Shown piece after piece: positions 38,969-52,294 of a stretch of DNA of 64,000 bases. The DNA comes from Botryllus schlosseri (lineage: Eukaryota). The stretch covers positions 16,060,001-16,124,000 of the forward strand of contig CM119372.1 of NCBI GenBank assembly GCA_051294905.1. Direction: 5' to 3'. The notes beneath the pieces were generated by a model. The model searched no databases. It was not told the DNA's origin and saw only the letters and a list, made by a program, of their open reading frames with translations. Numbering within the stretch: the stretch's first letter is position 1; the number at the start of each line of letters is the position of its first letter. A program made the translations under genes and the position numbers.

Positions 38969-41900
38969 CGAGGACACACGAGTAAATTATGTTCACGAAA
39001 TGTCGGACACAAAATAAGTTATTCATCGTGCAATTGCATGAAAAACGGTGTCCACAAATTACAACTGTAGGTGAAGAGACAGAGCGAAAGTCTCCCCATT
39101 CCTTTTTGACACTGTCGGATACTACTTCACCGTACTAGAGCGGTCCCATCAACTCTACTTATCATTGTACATAGGCAAAACACTGAATATTGTAATCGCG
39201 CAAATCATGCCTATAATATAAAAATGGTTCTGGTCCGGTAGAAATAGAAATGACTGTGGTATCAGTCAAATGCTATTGTGGCACCAATTCCAAAAATCCG
39301 ACTACTAACCATCGTAGAGCAGTGAAACCCCTCAAAATTGCCAATGAACGTGTAATTCGACTTTGTTACGTACAATGGCAGCGCATAGAAACGACAGCCA
39401 TGTGGGGCACGAAAGAATCCGCCTCACTCACTATCTGCTAACATTCGGACATTCGCAGCACGGTGAAACGTGCTTGCGATTTCGGAAACCGACACTGCCG
39501 TATGACTTTGTATAGTACCGATGGCCAATACGTAATGCGGACCAAATAACTCCCTTACTGATGTAACTGTTGTTTATTTTCCATCCATACCTACGTTAAA
39601 TTGTGGTATGTGATAGCTTACGTTTACCATATATATATAATATATATTTTAAGATCCAAAAAATAGGATACTTTTTAAAATTCTGAAAACTGTAATACCG
39701 GAAGAGAAAAATGGAGAATTTGAATATTTTTCGACCAATAGTACTGCATTCACTAAAAAAATGTCATCACTTAGGTTTGACTTCCAAATTACCCGCTTTT
39801 TTGCGATAATGTGTGGTGCTGACTAAAAAGAAGGTCATCACTTTGGCCCGACTCCCGTTTCACCCGATATTTTACGAAACTCTGACGTTCGCTGCGTCAG
39901 GGTTGAGTTATTGATCGCATTTCCGGGTCAGACTGCGGTTTGTGGTGAGTCGCTCTAGCCAGTGTTAGGATGACTCGAGTCAAGTTTTTCGTATGACTTG
40001 ACATGTCTCGAGTCGCTTCGAAAAAAGGACTTGACTTGACACGGCGCTTCAAAAATGTCGATTGACTCATGACTTGAAGCAAAATTTACAAGTCATCAAG
40101 TAAACGGTGTCGATCAAATCACTGTATCTTGTCGATATTCGGATTATTCACGATGCGCCGGTGTCACTTGTGAGAGCAACCAGTCTTTCGCTGATTGTAT
40201 GGTTCACTGATCCTCCATTGTTACATCACAAATAAACTGTCCGTAAACGAAATGATTGCAGCTTGCGTTGTCGTACTCGCAACAGCAGCGGTTGATTAAT
40301 CGCACAGCGACGTATCACTGTTTATTAGGCGGCTCCGCCCCCCCAGTTGCACAGCGCTCACCTTTACCAACCCTCTTGTATGATTTAAATCGAAATATTA
40401 TAGTTTATGCGTTTATATTCTCACGGATGTGTACATGGATACAGGATATTGTTCGATATCGATTTCTTTCAACTTCCCGAAGCTTCGTATTCGATCCTGT
40501 ATTTTATCTAAGCGCGACGAAAATTTTCAAGTTGAATAAATATCATCCAACAAACGACCAACGAAAAATTTTTGGACGTGATTTCAATCAAGCGCATTGA
40601 TATCGTGATTGCTGGTCTCCCCGTCATTGTATGGTCGCTGGCACGCCTACTCTTCTGCATCTACTTTCCAAGGGTTTGAACGAAATCTTACCGGATTTCC
40701 TGTGATTTTTTTGCAGGCTCATCGATGTTTTTATGGACAATCAATATAATCAGATATTACAGAATTTTTGAAATATTCCAAATTGTGAACAACTCTAATA
40801 CACACCCTTTTCAGTGTCATACGACGTATGACACTGCTGGAATAGTTGGTTACTTCAGCATCAACTTCCAGTTATTATACAATCGAGATTATATTCGTTG
40901 CTGTTAGCCGTGATTGTCATAGCCAGAGGGACAAAAGCCGCCGCTTCCCCCTCCCATTTTCGATTGTAGTCCTACATTGTGACTCCATACGTGCCACTAT
41001 ATGTCTCATCGAAATCGGATGAAAGTTTTATGTAGCCCACACATAATTTAACAATATCAATATGTTTTGAGCGGTAAACATAACAAATACAACTAAACTT
41101 TCTCTAACTCTATAATTTTCCAAATAGCTCACTGGCCCCACGTCACAATGCTCCTGTGGCCCACCAGTGGGTCATAGCCCACTGTTTGAGAACGCCTATT
41201 CTATACTAAGATGTTGGCCACAGAACATTTTCAATCCAGAAAATGGATCACTCTAATTTTTTGAGAGGCTAATCCATTTGTATACAACACGATCGAGCTA
41301 GCATTGAGACAAGTTGAATAGTAACATTATAGAATGCTTACATTCTATAGTAGCATGAACATTACAATTGACTTTGTCATAGTTTGATTTGAAGTTGAGT
41401 TGCCGACTTTCTCCAGCTGCATTCGGATTAATCATTCGCGCGATACCCATTTCGCTGTCTTCACACTGACACATAATAGCTGAATTTCTCTGAATATCTC
41501 TGTATGCGAATTATGGAATCAAGATGGTATTCAATCACTGTGTCAAGCTGTCACCTTGCCAAGATAATATTATTTCAAGTCCATAACACTGTTCTGTGTT
41601 ATATCAGTTAATAGGAATATTGTTGCTCGCGTAGCCTACATGTCAGATAATTCGCATATCGATTCAAACAAAGGTAAAAACCTTGCAACTCTATCTGCGA
41701 TCTGCTTATTTTTATCGTAATTGAGTTTCTGGAAATGCTATCACTATTGCGTGACGACATTTCAACATCTTATCACACACCAGAGAGTCAATCACTGAAA
41801 CTTGAGCAATAAAACAGTCTTCGGTCGGTAATATAATGACTAATGGTGAGTTGTGGTGAGTTCTAGCAAAACGCATCGAAATTTTCACAAGATTTGAACG

Positions 41901-42148
41901 TTGAATGGTCAATCGGCGAGTAGAGGTTTTGATGGTCCAAGTTGCATATGCGGTATGCGCATTGCACAACCTTAGTGTAGCCTACTCTGCTGCTGCGGAA
42001 AGTGTGAATTCACTACGTCATGCTTGTGATAATGACTATAACAAGTATTTGGAACTAAATTATATGGCCATACGCGTTGTTTTCATTTTATGTTTCCTTC
42101 GAGCTGGTATGCTGGGGAAGTAGTGGGCCATCTACAATCGGCGAGAGG

Positions 42149-42715
42149 TTATGGTCGTCCATTTTTGGTGTAATTGAGTTGAATGGACTCAGCTGGTACT
42201 GATCCTTTCTGGGTTACGGCAGTAGATGGTTTGAATACTTCTGGTGAATATCCAAGACGGACTATACTGCCATCATGTCTTGCATCGCGTACTTTGAAAC
42301 CGTCGCAGTTGACAGGAACCATTGAATTGCAGAATGGATCGGCCGAAGTGAAACGTCCAGCATGCCCGTCTCTTGATTCGCTGACCTGGGTGATGGCACG
42401 GCCCAATGGCACTTGACATGCTTGCTCGTACGCAGTAAATAGCAGCCTCGTGGGATCGGTTATCAAAGGTTCTTCAAAGCAATCTTCAGTATTTGCTACC
42501 GGCTTACTGAGTATAAGATATGCCAAGTGGCGCACAATAAAAAACATCACGGGGTAGGGCGGCAGCTTTTTCCGGTCATTGACGCATATTTCTTGACACA
42601 GCCAGCGGGCTACGCGATCTAGGAAATTTCCCGGTGAATTATCTCTGATCCATTTAAAGATACCGCCCATGCCATTTTCTCTCAAGATATGATTGTTTTT
42701 GTGTCTGAAGATCTG
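42149..42715 (-). CDS. Possible terminal coding exon of an unidentified gene
   Basis: Longest non-transposon open frame (203 aa); unique sequence, visibly less AT-rich than its flanks; candidate acceptors attcag|atacag| near 42715-42720; no recognisable domain. Confidence 0.35.
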   Translation of the reverse strand, partial: QIFRHKNNHILRENGMGGIFKWIRDNSPGNFLDRVARWLCQEICVNDRKKLPPYPVMFFIVRHLAYLILSKPVANTEDCFEEPLITDPTRLLFTAYEQACQVPLGRAITQVSESRDGHAGRFTSADPFCNSMVPVNCDGFKVRDARHDGSIVRLGYSPEVFKPSTAVTQKGSVPAESIQLNYTKNGRP

Positions 42716-43421
42716 TATCTGAATAATTGCTTGTTGAAGCCACTGCATCGTCGATCGCACGCATCAAAAAATCAGAAACTGGAAAATATTTTCAGTAAAT
42801 GTATTATTCAGTCATTCCAGTTATCAGGCGTTAGTCAGTCGAATGGCGTGCAGTCAGGGGAAGCAAGTGAGGCAGCAAAGGTCATCAGGACTAGTATAAT
42901 ACAATCGTGAAAACCTTCAATGAATATGATATGTTCCGTCGCTGTTCATGAATAACTAAATTTAAACATTTTTTTCACTCAACATCACCAATTTTCCTAT
43001 TCATTGTTCATAAATACAGCGCGAAAGGAGAGGTGAGGCACAGGTGAGGCACGGGCGGGTCGCGGCACAATGAAACGCACTGTCGATTTCGGAAACCGAC
43101 GGCGTTGTACGAATCGTGAAGTTGCGACAGCCAATCTGTAATGCAGAGCAAATACATTCCCTTGCTGATGTAGGTGTAGTGTATGTTCCCTCCGTACGCC
43201 TACTTTAAATTGTGGTATTCAAGCCTAATAATAGCTACTTACATAGCAAGCGTTGTTGTTACTTGTGGCATTTATGATGTTTTTCGTTTGCAATGGCCAC
43301 TTACACAGGCCGATATCCTACATTATAATGACACATCTGCCGACTTCTTGCACGAGCACGGCCCGCTTTTGCATGACACCCGCTTACGCGAATCAGATGG
43401 CAAGGAGCAACCTGGATAACC

Positions 43422-43851
43422 TAGGGTTACCATATTTTGGAATCGGGGAAGGAGGACACTTTTACCAAATCAGAAAAGTTTGTCGATTAGCACTGAAAAC
43501 AGTCGATTTCGCTATCTTTGTTGGCAAATTTGGAGAGTTAACTAAAAAAAGGTCATCACTTTCGTTCGACTCCCGATTTACTCACTTTTTACTTAAATTT
43601 AGTAGTTTTGACTAAAAAAAGTCGTCCGTCACTTGCGGTAGAACCACGAATTCCCCGCTCGAACGTCCGTCTTTGCTGTTTAGCATCATTTATGCCCATT
43701 TTCACTCAAATATCTCCATTTTCTAGCTCTAACAGCAGTAAAAGAGGAAAAATCACCAAAAAGGAGGACATTTAGGCGTCTTCGGAGGACATTTTCAAAT
43801 ACCTAAAAAAGGTGGACAAATCCTCCTAAAGGAGGACGCATGGTAACCCTA
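43422..43851 (+). mobile_element. TAGGGTTACCA-type MITE
   Basis: TAGGGTTACCAT...ATGGTAACCCTA TIRs; flanks ggataacc/agatagcc (6/8). Confidence 0.85.
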
Positions 43852-45499
43852 AGATAGCCTGCATGTGAAGATGGTCAATGTGATAAGAAACAGGTCGCCA
43901 ACTGAATCAGCTAGCGTTATCGGTTTGAAATATTTACGAATCTTATTCCAAAGAAATCTGCTTCCGCGAGGTTAGCGCCTCACCAGCCATGAATCTCACC
44001 GCACGTCACTGATCCATTCGTACATTCTTGATAGCAGATTTTATACTCTGTTGTGCGCTGCTACCAAAGCAAACTTTTTTCTGCACGTATTCCTTGATAA
44101 TGGTGAAGAATTTCACGCCCTCTACGTCATATCAAAATATATTAACAGAGCAACCAGGATTCTTGCAATCGCAGCACATTGGTTGGTGACATGAAAGGTG
44201 TAATGTCTGATTGAGACGCTTATGCAATATGGAATCATATGACTACACACAGAGCGATAATTATGTGCTGGAGGTAAATCACGCACAGCGTGAAAGAATT
44301 TCCATTTGAATACTTAGTAATACATAATCGTGTGCAATGTAGCACGTAGCAAATAAATATTTAAGCAATTTTTGTGCCTAATCCCTGTTATCATCACATT
44401 TGACGTTAGCTCAAACGTACCTGGTATGAGCTAAATAAAACACCAATGGCACAGCTACTCGCATTAGTCAGTTACTTTTCATTCAATGACATCTTCTGAT
44501 TAGTGCAAGGTTCGGTATCAGTCAAAATCTAGAATCGTGTATGGATGATGCGACGCAATTATGACATTGAAAATCACAATATAATCAGGATTTTTGCCAT
44601 TGTTGAAAACTGGCAGTTTCAGCACAAATAAACGTGTTCCAAGTTCTAGAAACATTTCTCCCAGGCTGCTTCGCGTCTACCCTGAATTTTCCACGCACCT
44701 TTTTTGAGAACCACTGTCCTAGAGGATGTATGGGACCGCAATAGCCTCATTAAATGCTACATTCAATGTTCGTCGGGTTTTAAGCCCAATGTACCGTTGC
44801 TTTCATTTCATCCGAGTCCAAGATAGTTTGCCTTATCGCAATGCCTTATCCTTCTAACCAGAGTTCGAAATGAATGTATTGGCGTGGGGTATGGGTGACC
44901 AACCTTTTCGGCCAAAGGGCCAAATGCAATCGACCAACCATGGCGCGGGCTACTAGCCGCGCGAAACGCCAAAAGTTTTCCATGTCAATAATACTGTTAC
45001 TTTGAGTATATTGCGGGTCTGCTGTATATCGCTAATAGGCTCAGTTTGCAAGGACTGAGCTATTAGGGGCCTGGACATATCGATATCGAAAGCTTCGGCC
45101 AACAATCGTCAATCATTTTGAGCCTAGATTTCATTGTCGACGACCTTTCTGCGAGCGCAAACGCAAGATTGCATGTTGGACGACAATTTCTCTCGAGATT
45201 GTGAATATTCACAAAAAAAACGTTGGAGTTTATGGTATCGATATGGCGGGTTTAGCTGAATATTTTGTGACCAGTTCGGCTGTTCGGTTCCGTTTTAACC
45301 AACACAACCCTAATATCTCGAAGCACATTCAACACCGACCGCCCCAGCCCCTAGTTCTTCAACGAATAATTTAATCAACGTATTGCGTCCGATTCCCAAA
45401 CACACACCACACATCACCACACCGTACCGAGTACGGTACAAGCTGGAATAACTGGCAACATATACGCAATAAAACGTATATTTTTCTACATCTTATTAC

Positions 45500-46485
45500 T
45501 AGGGATGGTGTGAACCTCTGAAAGGTTCAGGTTCGTGTGAACGCGAACCTTTTTGAAAGGTTCTGTGTGAACGCGAACGTCAACCTCATGACGTCACGCG
45601 ACGTCATATTGCTAATTACAACCCTATCTTCAATGAAGTGATACCCTATATTAATGTACACGATACCTAGCGACGGCTCGGACCACATAATGCCACAATG
45701 CATAAGTACAAATTGGCGTTTTAAACATCGCTAAATCTATCAACTGACGCAATCAAAGGATAAAATACCCCCACAAAATCATTATCTTACGCCGCTTTGC
45801 CAACAATTTCGACGAGGACCTACCAGTGTATATAAGCTTACGCCTTAACGGTCTAGGCCAGACGGAAGAATGTATTCGGCGTCTGAGTATTGCTATTGAT
45901 ACTGAGCAGAGTGTAAAACGGGTTTCTAGACTTGCTACCGATATTACCCCATTAACAAGTTATACAGCAATAGCCAACACCTCAATCGCATGGGTTCGGT
46001 TTTAATGATGCAGTGAAGACATGGAGCCAAGATTCACCCCGTCGGCCTGCTAGATTTTTTACATCAGAAAACGATATCAATCTCATTATTCGGTTGAATA
46101 AGCATTAAGCATCATTCCTTGACCACGTATTTCGCTAGTGATGTTGTGTGATTGCGGGTCAAGCTCATAGCAGAGAGTCACTAAATACTCACAAACAGAA
46201 TGCTGGATATTTCAAGCAAACTTTTGTAACAAAGCAAGTAAAACTTTTGAGATTGTCAAGGTACATGCTCGTTTACTGTAGATTTTTAATGCTGCCAACG
46301 CCATGCATAGAGTGGCCCGCAGTTGAAATGCAATAAATTTGAACCAAGGTGAAGTGAAATTTGTAATATATGAAAAAGGTTCACAGTGCAGAACCTACCA
46401 AGGTTCTGTTGTGAACGCGAACCTCTAAATTTCCGAGGTTCACACACAGAACGCGAACGTGAACCTCACGTTCACACCATCCCTA
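45500..46485 (+). mobile_element. TAGGGATGG hAT-type MITE, full length
   Basis: 16-bp TIRs; perfect 8-bp TSD CTTATTAC; ends resemble the Ac/Ds TAGGGATG terminus. Confidence 0.95.
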
Positions 46486-49071
46486 CTTATTACTACGCAC
46501 CCAAATCGTGATTATCATGTTTATGAATCATTAGGGTGAATTTATTTACTAGTTGCGCCCGGTGTAATTTTCTTTCAACTTTTTGTCAGTAATTTTGGTT
46601 GTCGCATTCATGACAATGTGTTCTCTGCCGTCTCAAAGTCCACGTGATCAGAAGTGCTTCAATAAAGATTCTGTCAGGATAATCTATGCAAATTTCACGG
46701 TTATCCCTTTTTTCTGTTTCGTCAAAGTGATCCGATTTAGGGTGTGCAATACAGTCTGCGGATCCCCACATGCATATCAATTTCGATCACACCGCGCGGA
46801 ATACGTTCACCAACCGTTCATTATTAGCTTGGAAGTCTCATTTTCACGTCAAAATACGTCATTGTGACCAATAACGTTTCGTTCTCCAGCGCGGAGTTTG
46901 TGACCCTGATCTTTCTATTCGATCATCTTGTGACGACCCGACGACCCGCGACTTCACTAGTCTTAGGCCTGCTATATACCTTAGAACAATTACAACGATA
47001 AACCATCCTACCATTATCGGCCTATGCGTCTTCTTCCTAAATGACTGCTGCTCTGATAAAGTTCCTGACACCTTCAATCGGTGGTTCAAATGTGAGCGAT
47101 ATCAGCCCTTTAGGCGATTTTTAGAAATGAGGTGGTAAAAAAGTGTCGAAGTATACCAGCAAACCATTTAGGAAAGTGGAAACAGCCTACCTGAATGCTA
47201 CGGAAAAGCAGACGGATAACGTTACCGAATACTCTGCGCATACATATGTAGCCTACAACTATCTTATTCTTGTGACAAACATAATGTGTGATATCAAACC
47301 ACCAAATTATTATATGAAGAGAGAAGTCGGTTTCATATTCACCTGAATCGTATATCATAGCACCTTCCAATGTCCAATTAAACGAATATAGGTATAGCTC
47401 GAGACAATGCATCATGCCGATTCGGGCGTAATTGGCTTGTATGCAATATGTAATATCGTAAAACATTATGCAGTATTAATCCAGCATTGCTTGCTCCTGG
47501 CCTCTTTAACACACGGTCTTATAAGTATTATCTTGAAAGCAGCAATATAACCATGGCCATGCCGCCACTATGTGTCGATTCACGGTCAATGTAGCCTACC
47601 CTCCAATGTGTAAGCTCGAGCAGAAATCGAAACGTCGTTTTCTGCTAACAAATGACTTAATATTTAATCAAATTGTCTCTGATGGCGACCAAATATTCTT
47701 CTTTGACTTGCTGTAGGTTAGATTATAGTACACAGCAAGAAAAGTTGACACATGTATTGATTTTTGAGTGTATGCTTCAAAGATCTCCTAGCCGTGTGCC
47801 TTTGGAGCCAGCCGGTAGGAAAACGATGTTGCGTTTAAGCAACAAATTTTAAACGTTCAAAAATAATTTTTGAGAAGGCGGATATATTCGTGAATATATC
47901 GGCGGTAGGTAGAGCTTGGATCGAAGTGTTGTGCCAACAAAAAATCTTCTGTCATCGGTCAAGTGGACCAAATAAATCTGATTTATCAATACTTTTACTT
48001 GTATGCTTTAGCCATTTCGATAGTCCATTTTGATAACGGAAATACTCCTTTAATCATTGAATGATAACTGTGACACTAGACACAGTGTTTAATAACTTCG
48101 CCATAATATACCACACCAAATATCATCATGAAACTTCGTAGCAAAACACTGTCAAAATTAAGACAGACCAACTTTTGCAATACCTATATTAGATGCAGTC
48201 TATCTTCACGATGTCATCCAACACTTTCTCGAGTTTCAAATTCTTCACTCGAACATTAGTGCAGTATATAGACTCTATAGCTTCATTGCCAAACTATTCA
48301 CTAAACTCCTAAACATTTGACACTATGGATATGTTGAGCATAGGAAGATATCTACTTTCACTAGACTGCTAAATACTTTCAAATTATAAGTTTTGAAGTC
48401 GAAAGAAAACTACTCCTACTGAACCACTTAACGCATTACAATGGATATTGTAAATTAAACTGAGTACTATACTTTTACTAACCTTATAAGCACCCTTAGA
48501 AGTAGTTTTCTATTTTTCGCGAGTTTAAAGAGTATCGCTCCCTTAAAAACCGCGTGAAATAACCCCAATGCGACGTAGAGAAAACTAATAAAAATAAAAT
48601 TCACCAAGTCCCAAAACGCTGTATTTGAGTTCTAAAAATATTCTAAAATTTTTCATCGCCGCGAAATCGATACGTTGTTAAGTGACTCGTGATTTCGAGA
48701 AGGCAAGCCTGAAGTAGGCTACTCAAATTTCGATGTCGTACAAATACTACAAACTGTGGTAGCAATCAGAGATGGTGTGTAAAGAAGTAGCCAATTTGTA
48801 CCTTTTCAGAGTGGTCAAGTAGGTTTAGCTTACATGCCCTAAATCAGTGGTTCTCGACTTTTTTTGCTTCGCGGACTCCTTTTGACCGTCACGGACCCTC
48901 GCAGAACCCCTCAAGTTTTAGTTCAATTTTAGCTTCATTATGGTGCAACCTTCATATGTTTTGTGCAAATATGAACTGGAGGCTTGTGATAAAGAGCAAA
49001 ATAAATGATTTTCCTTGAAAATAACATCATACTATTATGTAGAATTAAATAGTATATTCATATTGAAATGA

Positions 49072-49105
49072 ACCCGAATATTTTCGGCTGACACTCGTCA
49101 GGGGT
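49072..49105 (-). ncRNA. Minimal type I hammerhead ribozyme motif in the Penelope 3' repeat
   Basis: Minus strand reads ACCC-CUGACGA-GUGUCAGCC-GAAA-AUAU-UC-GGGU: intact core, 4-bp stem I, palindromic loop III, very weak stem II. Confidence 0.65.
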
Positions 49106-49206
49106 AATCGTCAGCAACTAGTAGAGAATTGGAAAGAACATTGTATATCAACAATCGTATCACAAAATATGACGTCACCAGCATGAAACTTCGAATGAGA
49201 GAGCGT

Positions 49207-50993
49207 TCAATGTACTATTTTTAGGTGATACACGAACTCCTTTTGTTGACAGAGTTTTGGTTGGTGTATTTTGATAAAAGTTGATTCCAAGGCACACAAA
49301 TGGAATTGTGAACGGCCTCGACCTACGATTTGAAATCGGTCGTCTCGATAATTATTCGCACAAATCGGATTATCCAACAGATGTTTGCCGATGGCAGAAT
49401 TAATGGCCTTTGATCGATCAGCATCAATCTTAAGTGGATGAGTTAAAGGTGAGCTTTTCACATCGCGTGACGCACGTGTTCTGATAAATCTGGGGACATG
49501 TTGGTTTATGCGGTCCTGCAGACGTCTTGACGTTCTTCCCACGTAGCCACAATCACAGTGGCACCTATATTCGTACACTACATTACTTTGTTGAAGTGCA
49601 GGAAGCACGTCTTTGCGTGTTGAAGGGAGCAGTTGTGTTGTTGTAAAAATCACATTGGTTTTGACTGTATCGTAACATTTACCGACAGCAGAAATCAATT
49701 GTTTTTCAAAGCGGGTGGAAATGGGGCCAATCCAAGGTAGATGGATATAAACATCTTTTATTGTTCGTGCGGTGGGCTCTGTTCGTTTTTCTGCGTTGAA
49801 TTGCGTTAATTTCCTCTCCGTGCCGCGGCTGATGACGTGTTCAGGGTAACCGTTATCAAGTAAGATTTTTCGGATGTAGTCAAGTTCTAAACTCAGTTTG
49901 TTACCCGAACATATCATCAACGCTCTATGCACGAGTGTGCCTATGAGGTTAATTTTTCTGCGCCGAGGACTAAATGAATTCCAGCGAAGGTATTGGCCTG
50001 TGAATGTCGGTTTCCTGAAAACAGACGCTTCAAATTTGTTGGTATTGCGCTTTTCAACTAATACGTCCAGAAATGATAATGAGTTATTGCGTTCTTTTTC
50101 TATTGTGAATTGCAAGGCCGGGTGAAGCGAGTTTAAGCGAATGAGAAATTGGTCACACTCCGATTTATTCCTGAAAATGACAAATGTATCATTTACGTAT
50201 CGGCGGTACAATAGTGGTTTGGCGGACTCACGCTGGGACAGAAGCTCGCCCTCGTAATACCCTACGAAAATGTTGGCCAAAATAGGTCCCAGGGGACTAC
50301 CCATGGCTAAGCCGTCTATTTGGCGAAACATGACCTCGTTAAAGCTAAATTCCACCGAGCAGGTTGCCGCTTGTAAAAGTTCAACAAAGACGTTACGCGG
50401 GATTGATGGTGGCGGTAACTTACCACCGTACAGCGCGTTGGCACAAATATCAATAGTCTCATGCAGCGGAACGTTCGTAAAAAGACTAGAGATGTCAAAT
50501 GAGCTCAGAAACACGTCTGGATTCGGCAAATCCAGGTTTCGTATTTCACCAGCGAACGTGAACGAATCGCGAACACATTCCGTGCCGTACAATTCCCGAA
50601 CCGGTTCCAAAATGTCAATAAGCCATTTTGCCAGCTGATGGTGAGCAGACCCGATCATGGAAAGTATAGGTCTCACTGGGACATTGTCTTTGTGAGTTTT
50701 TGGCAGTCCGTACATGCGTGGTCTTTGCGATCCCGTCGGTCTGATGGCGCTGTATGTTTCTGCCGTTAGGACACCGTTTTTCTTCAATGTCAGCAAACGG
50801 TTGGTCAGTGGTCTTTCAATTTTAGGTGTATTATCAAATTCCGAAACTGAACCAAGCGAGATAAATTTGGTTTTGTCATGCAATATTGATTCCATTTTCG
50901 AAATGTAGTCAGCTTTGTTCAGAATGACAACACCGGATCCTTTGTCTGGTTTGGTGACGTGAATTTCAGGGTTGGATAGAAATGCTTTGATGG
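49207..50993 (-). CDS. Penelope-like reverse transcriptase / GIY-YIG endonuclease (N-terminally truncated)
   Basis: KPDKGSGVV, YGLPKTHK...RPI, SFDISSLFTNVP, GLAMGSPLGP, RYVND, FLDV, NVVYEYRC.CDCGYVGRT.R.L..RI.QH; the frame stays open upstream of the annotated Met at 50895. Confidence 0.95.
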
Positions 50994-51509
50994 CTATTAT
51001 GTAGAAATTGGTAGACTTTTAATATTTCGAAGCTAATTTTGCTGCTGTATTTCTTGAAGTACGTGGTCGTGTCTTGGAAATCCACGTCTTCGTTTTGATA
51101 TGAACGAGGAGTGCCGAAAACCATTTCCGCAAATATAGACGGAGGCTAATTCAATATTAACGCATAACGCTTACGACGATACTTTTGGTGTAATCGCAAC
51201 ATTTATGGCTCCAAAATGAGGAAACATATATTTCATGAACATGTCACGCCCAGCATCTAGCGCAGGGACGGGCAACAGACGGACCGCGGGCCGGATTCGG
51301 CCCGCAGAGAGTTTCTACCGTCAAAGTGAAATCCTAATCTAAAAGTATAGACAAATTTTATGCGCCAAAGAATGGATCCAAGTTTTCCAACCTTCTAAAA
51401 CTGTTCTGAGACGCCTTGTTCTGTTCGGGTTTACATATATATAGACGAGCAAACATTTTCGACCATGAACAATTGAACATTAACAAGACAAGGCTGCATA
51501 CCAATATAA

Positions 51510-51770
51510 CTGGTGATATGAATTTCAGGGTTAGAGCGTAATGCTTTGATAGCCACGAAACACTCCTTGTTCATAAACAAAATAACTTGTCGATAGGGCA
51601 TCCGCTACAAGAATGCGCCAAATCTGATTGATAGCCGAGCTTTAAGAGCAGGTATATCATTGTCCGATTTATGACGAGTGTCGGCCGAAAATATTCGGGT
51701 TCATTTCAATATGAATATACTATTCAATTGTATATTGAAGTTCTGTACCTCGAAGAAACTGTTCAAATAG
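51510..51770. mobile_element. Penelope-like fragment: ORF piece (-) joined to an inverted terminal repeat (+)
   Basis: 51515-51552 resembles 50955-50993; 51670-51725 is the reverse complement of 49045-49100. Confidence 0.7.
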
Positions 51771-51919
51771 TGGTTATGTATATCACAGGATAAAATGTAT
51801 GTCGTGGCGAGGTTTCAATCCCTGCATTGGGACATACTTTGGAAATTTTTATTTCAAACGACTGTTCACTAATTTGATGAGACTGACAACTTCAAATCGA
51901 GAAGGTTTCGCAGACATTA

Positions 51920-52294
51920 CGGTTCCATACTATTACCGAGAATGCTATTACCGAGATGGACATTGCCGAGAATGCTATTACCGAGAATGGACATTACCGA
52001 GAACGGACATTACCGAGACTGGACATTACCGAGAATGGTCAATGCCAAGAATCTAGCTTAATGTAACGGAATTTGTCGAAAAATTTATACCTGAGAATTG
52101 ATACCGAATGTGGCAACGCCGTGATGCACACACACGACCTGTTCATATGCATAAGATGCCTGCATTGCATATATTGCATTCTCGGTAATGTCCATTCTCG
52201 GTGGTGTCCATTCTCGGTAATGTCCATTCTCGGTATTGTCCTTCTCGGTAATAGAATTCTCGGTAATAGCATTCTCGGTATTGACCGGACACCG
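51920..52294. mobile_element. Small foldback-type MITE with 16-19 bp subterminal repeats
   Basis: CGGT...ACCG ends; (attaccgagaatg)n on the left, inverted (cattctcggtaat)n on the right; 6-bp flanking repeat ACATTA. Confidence 0.8.

Larger units (their letters stand above)
49045..50993 (-). mobile_element. 5'-truncated Penelope-like retroelement
   Basis: RT + GIY-YIG ORF; flanking 13-bp direct repeat CTATTATGTAGAA at 49032-49044 and 50994-51006. Confidence 0.93.

Noticed and set aside
46560..47470. Cluster of short ORFs in unique sequence
   Set aside because: No consistent frame, splice pattern or domain.
49898..50908. Plus-strand ORFs over the retroelement
   Set aside because: Antisense shadows of the RT ORF.
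51768..51835. tRNA or tRNA-derived SINE head
   Set aside because: Only a vague B-box-like ggtttcaatccc; no cloverleaf or A box.
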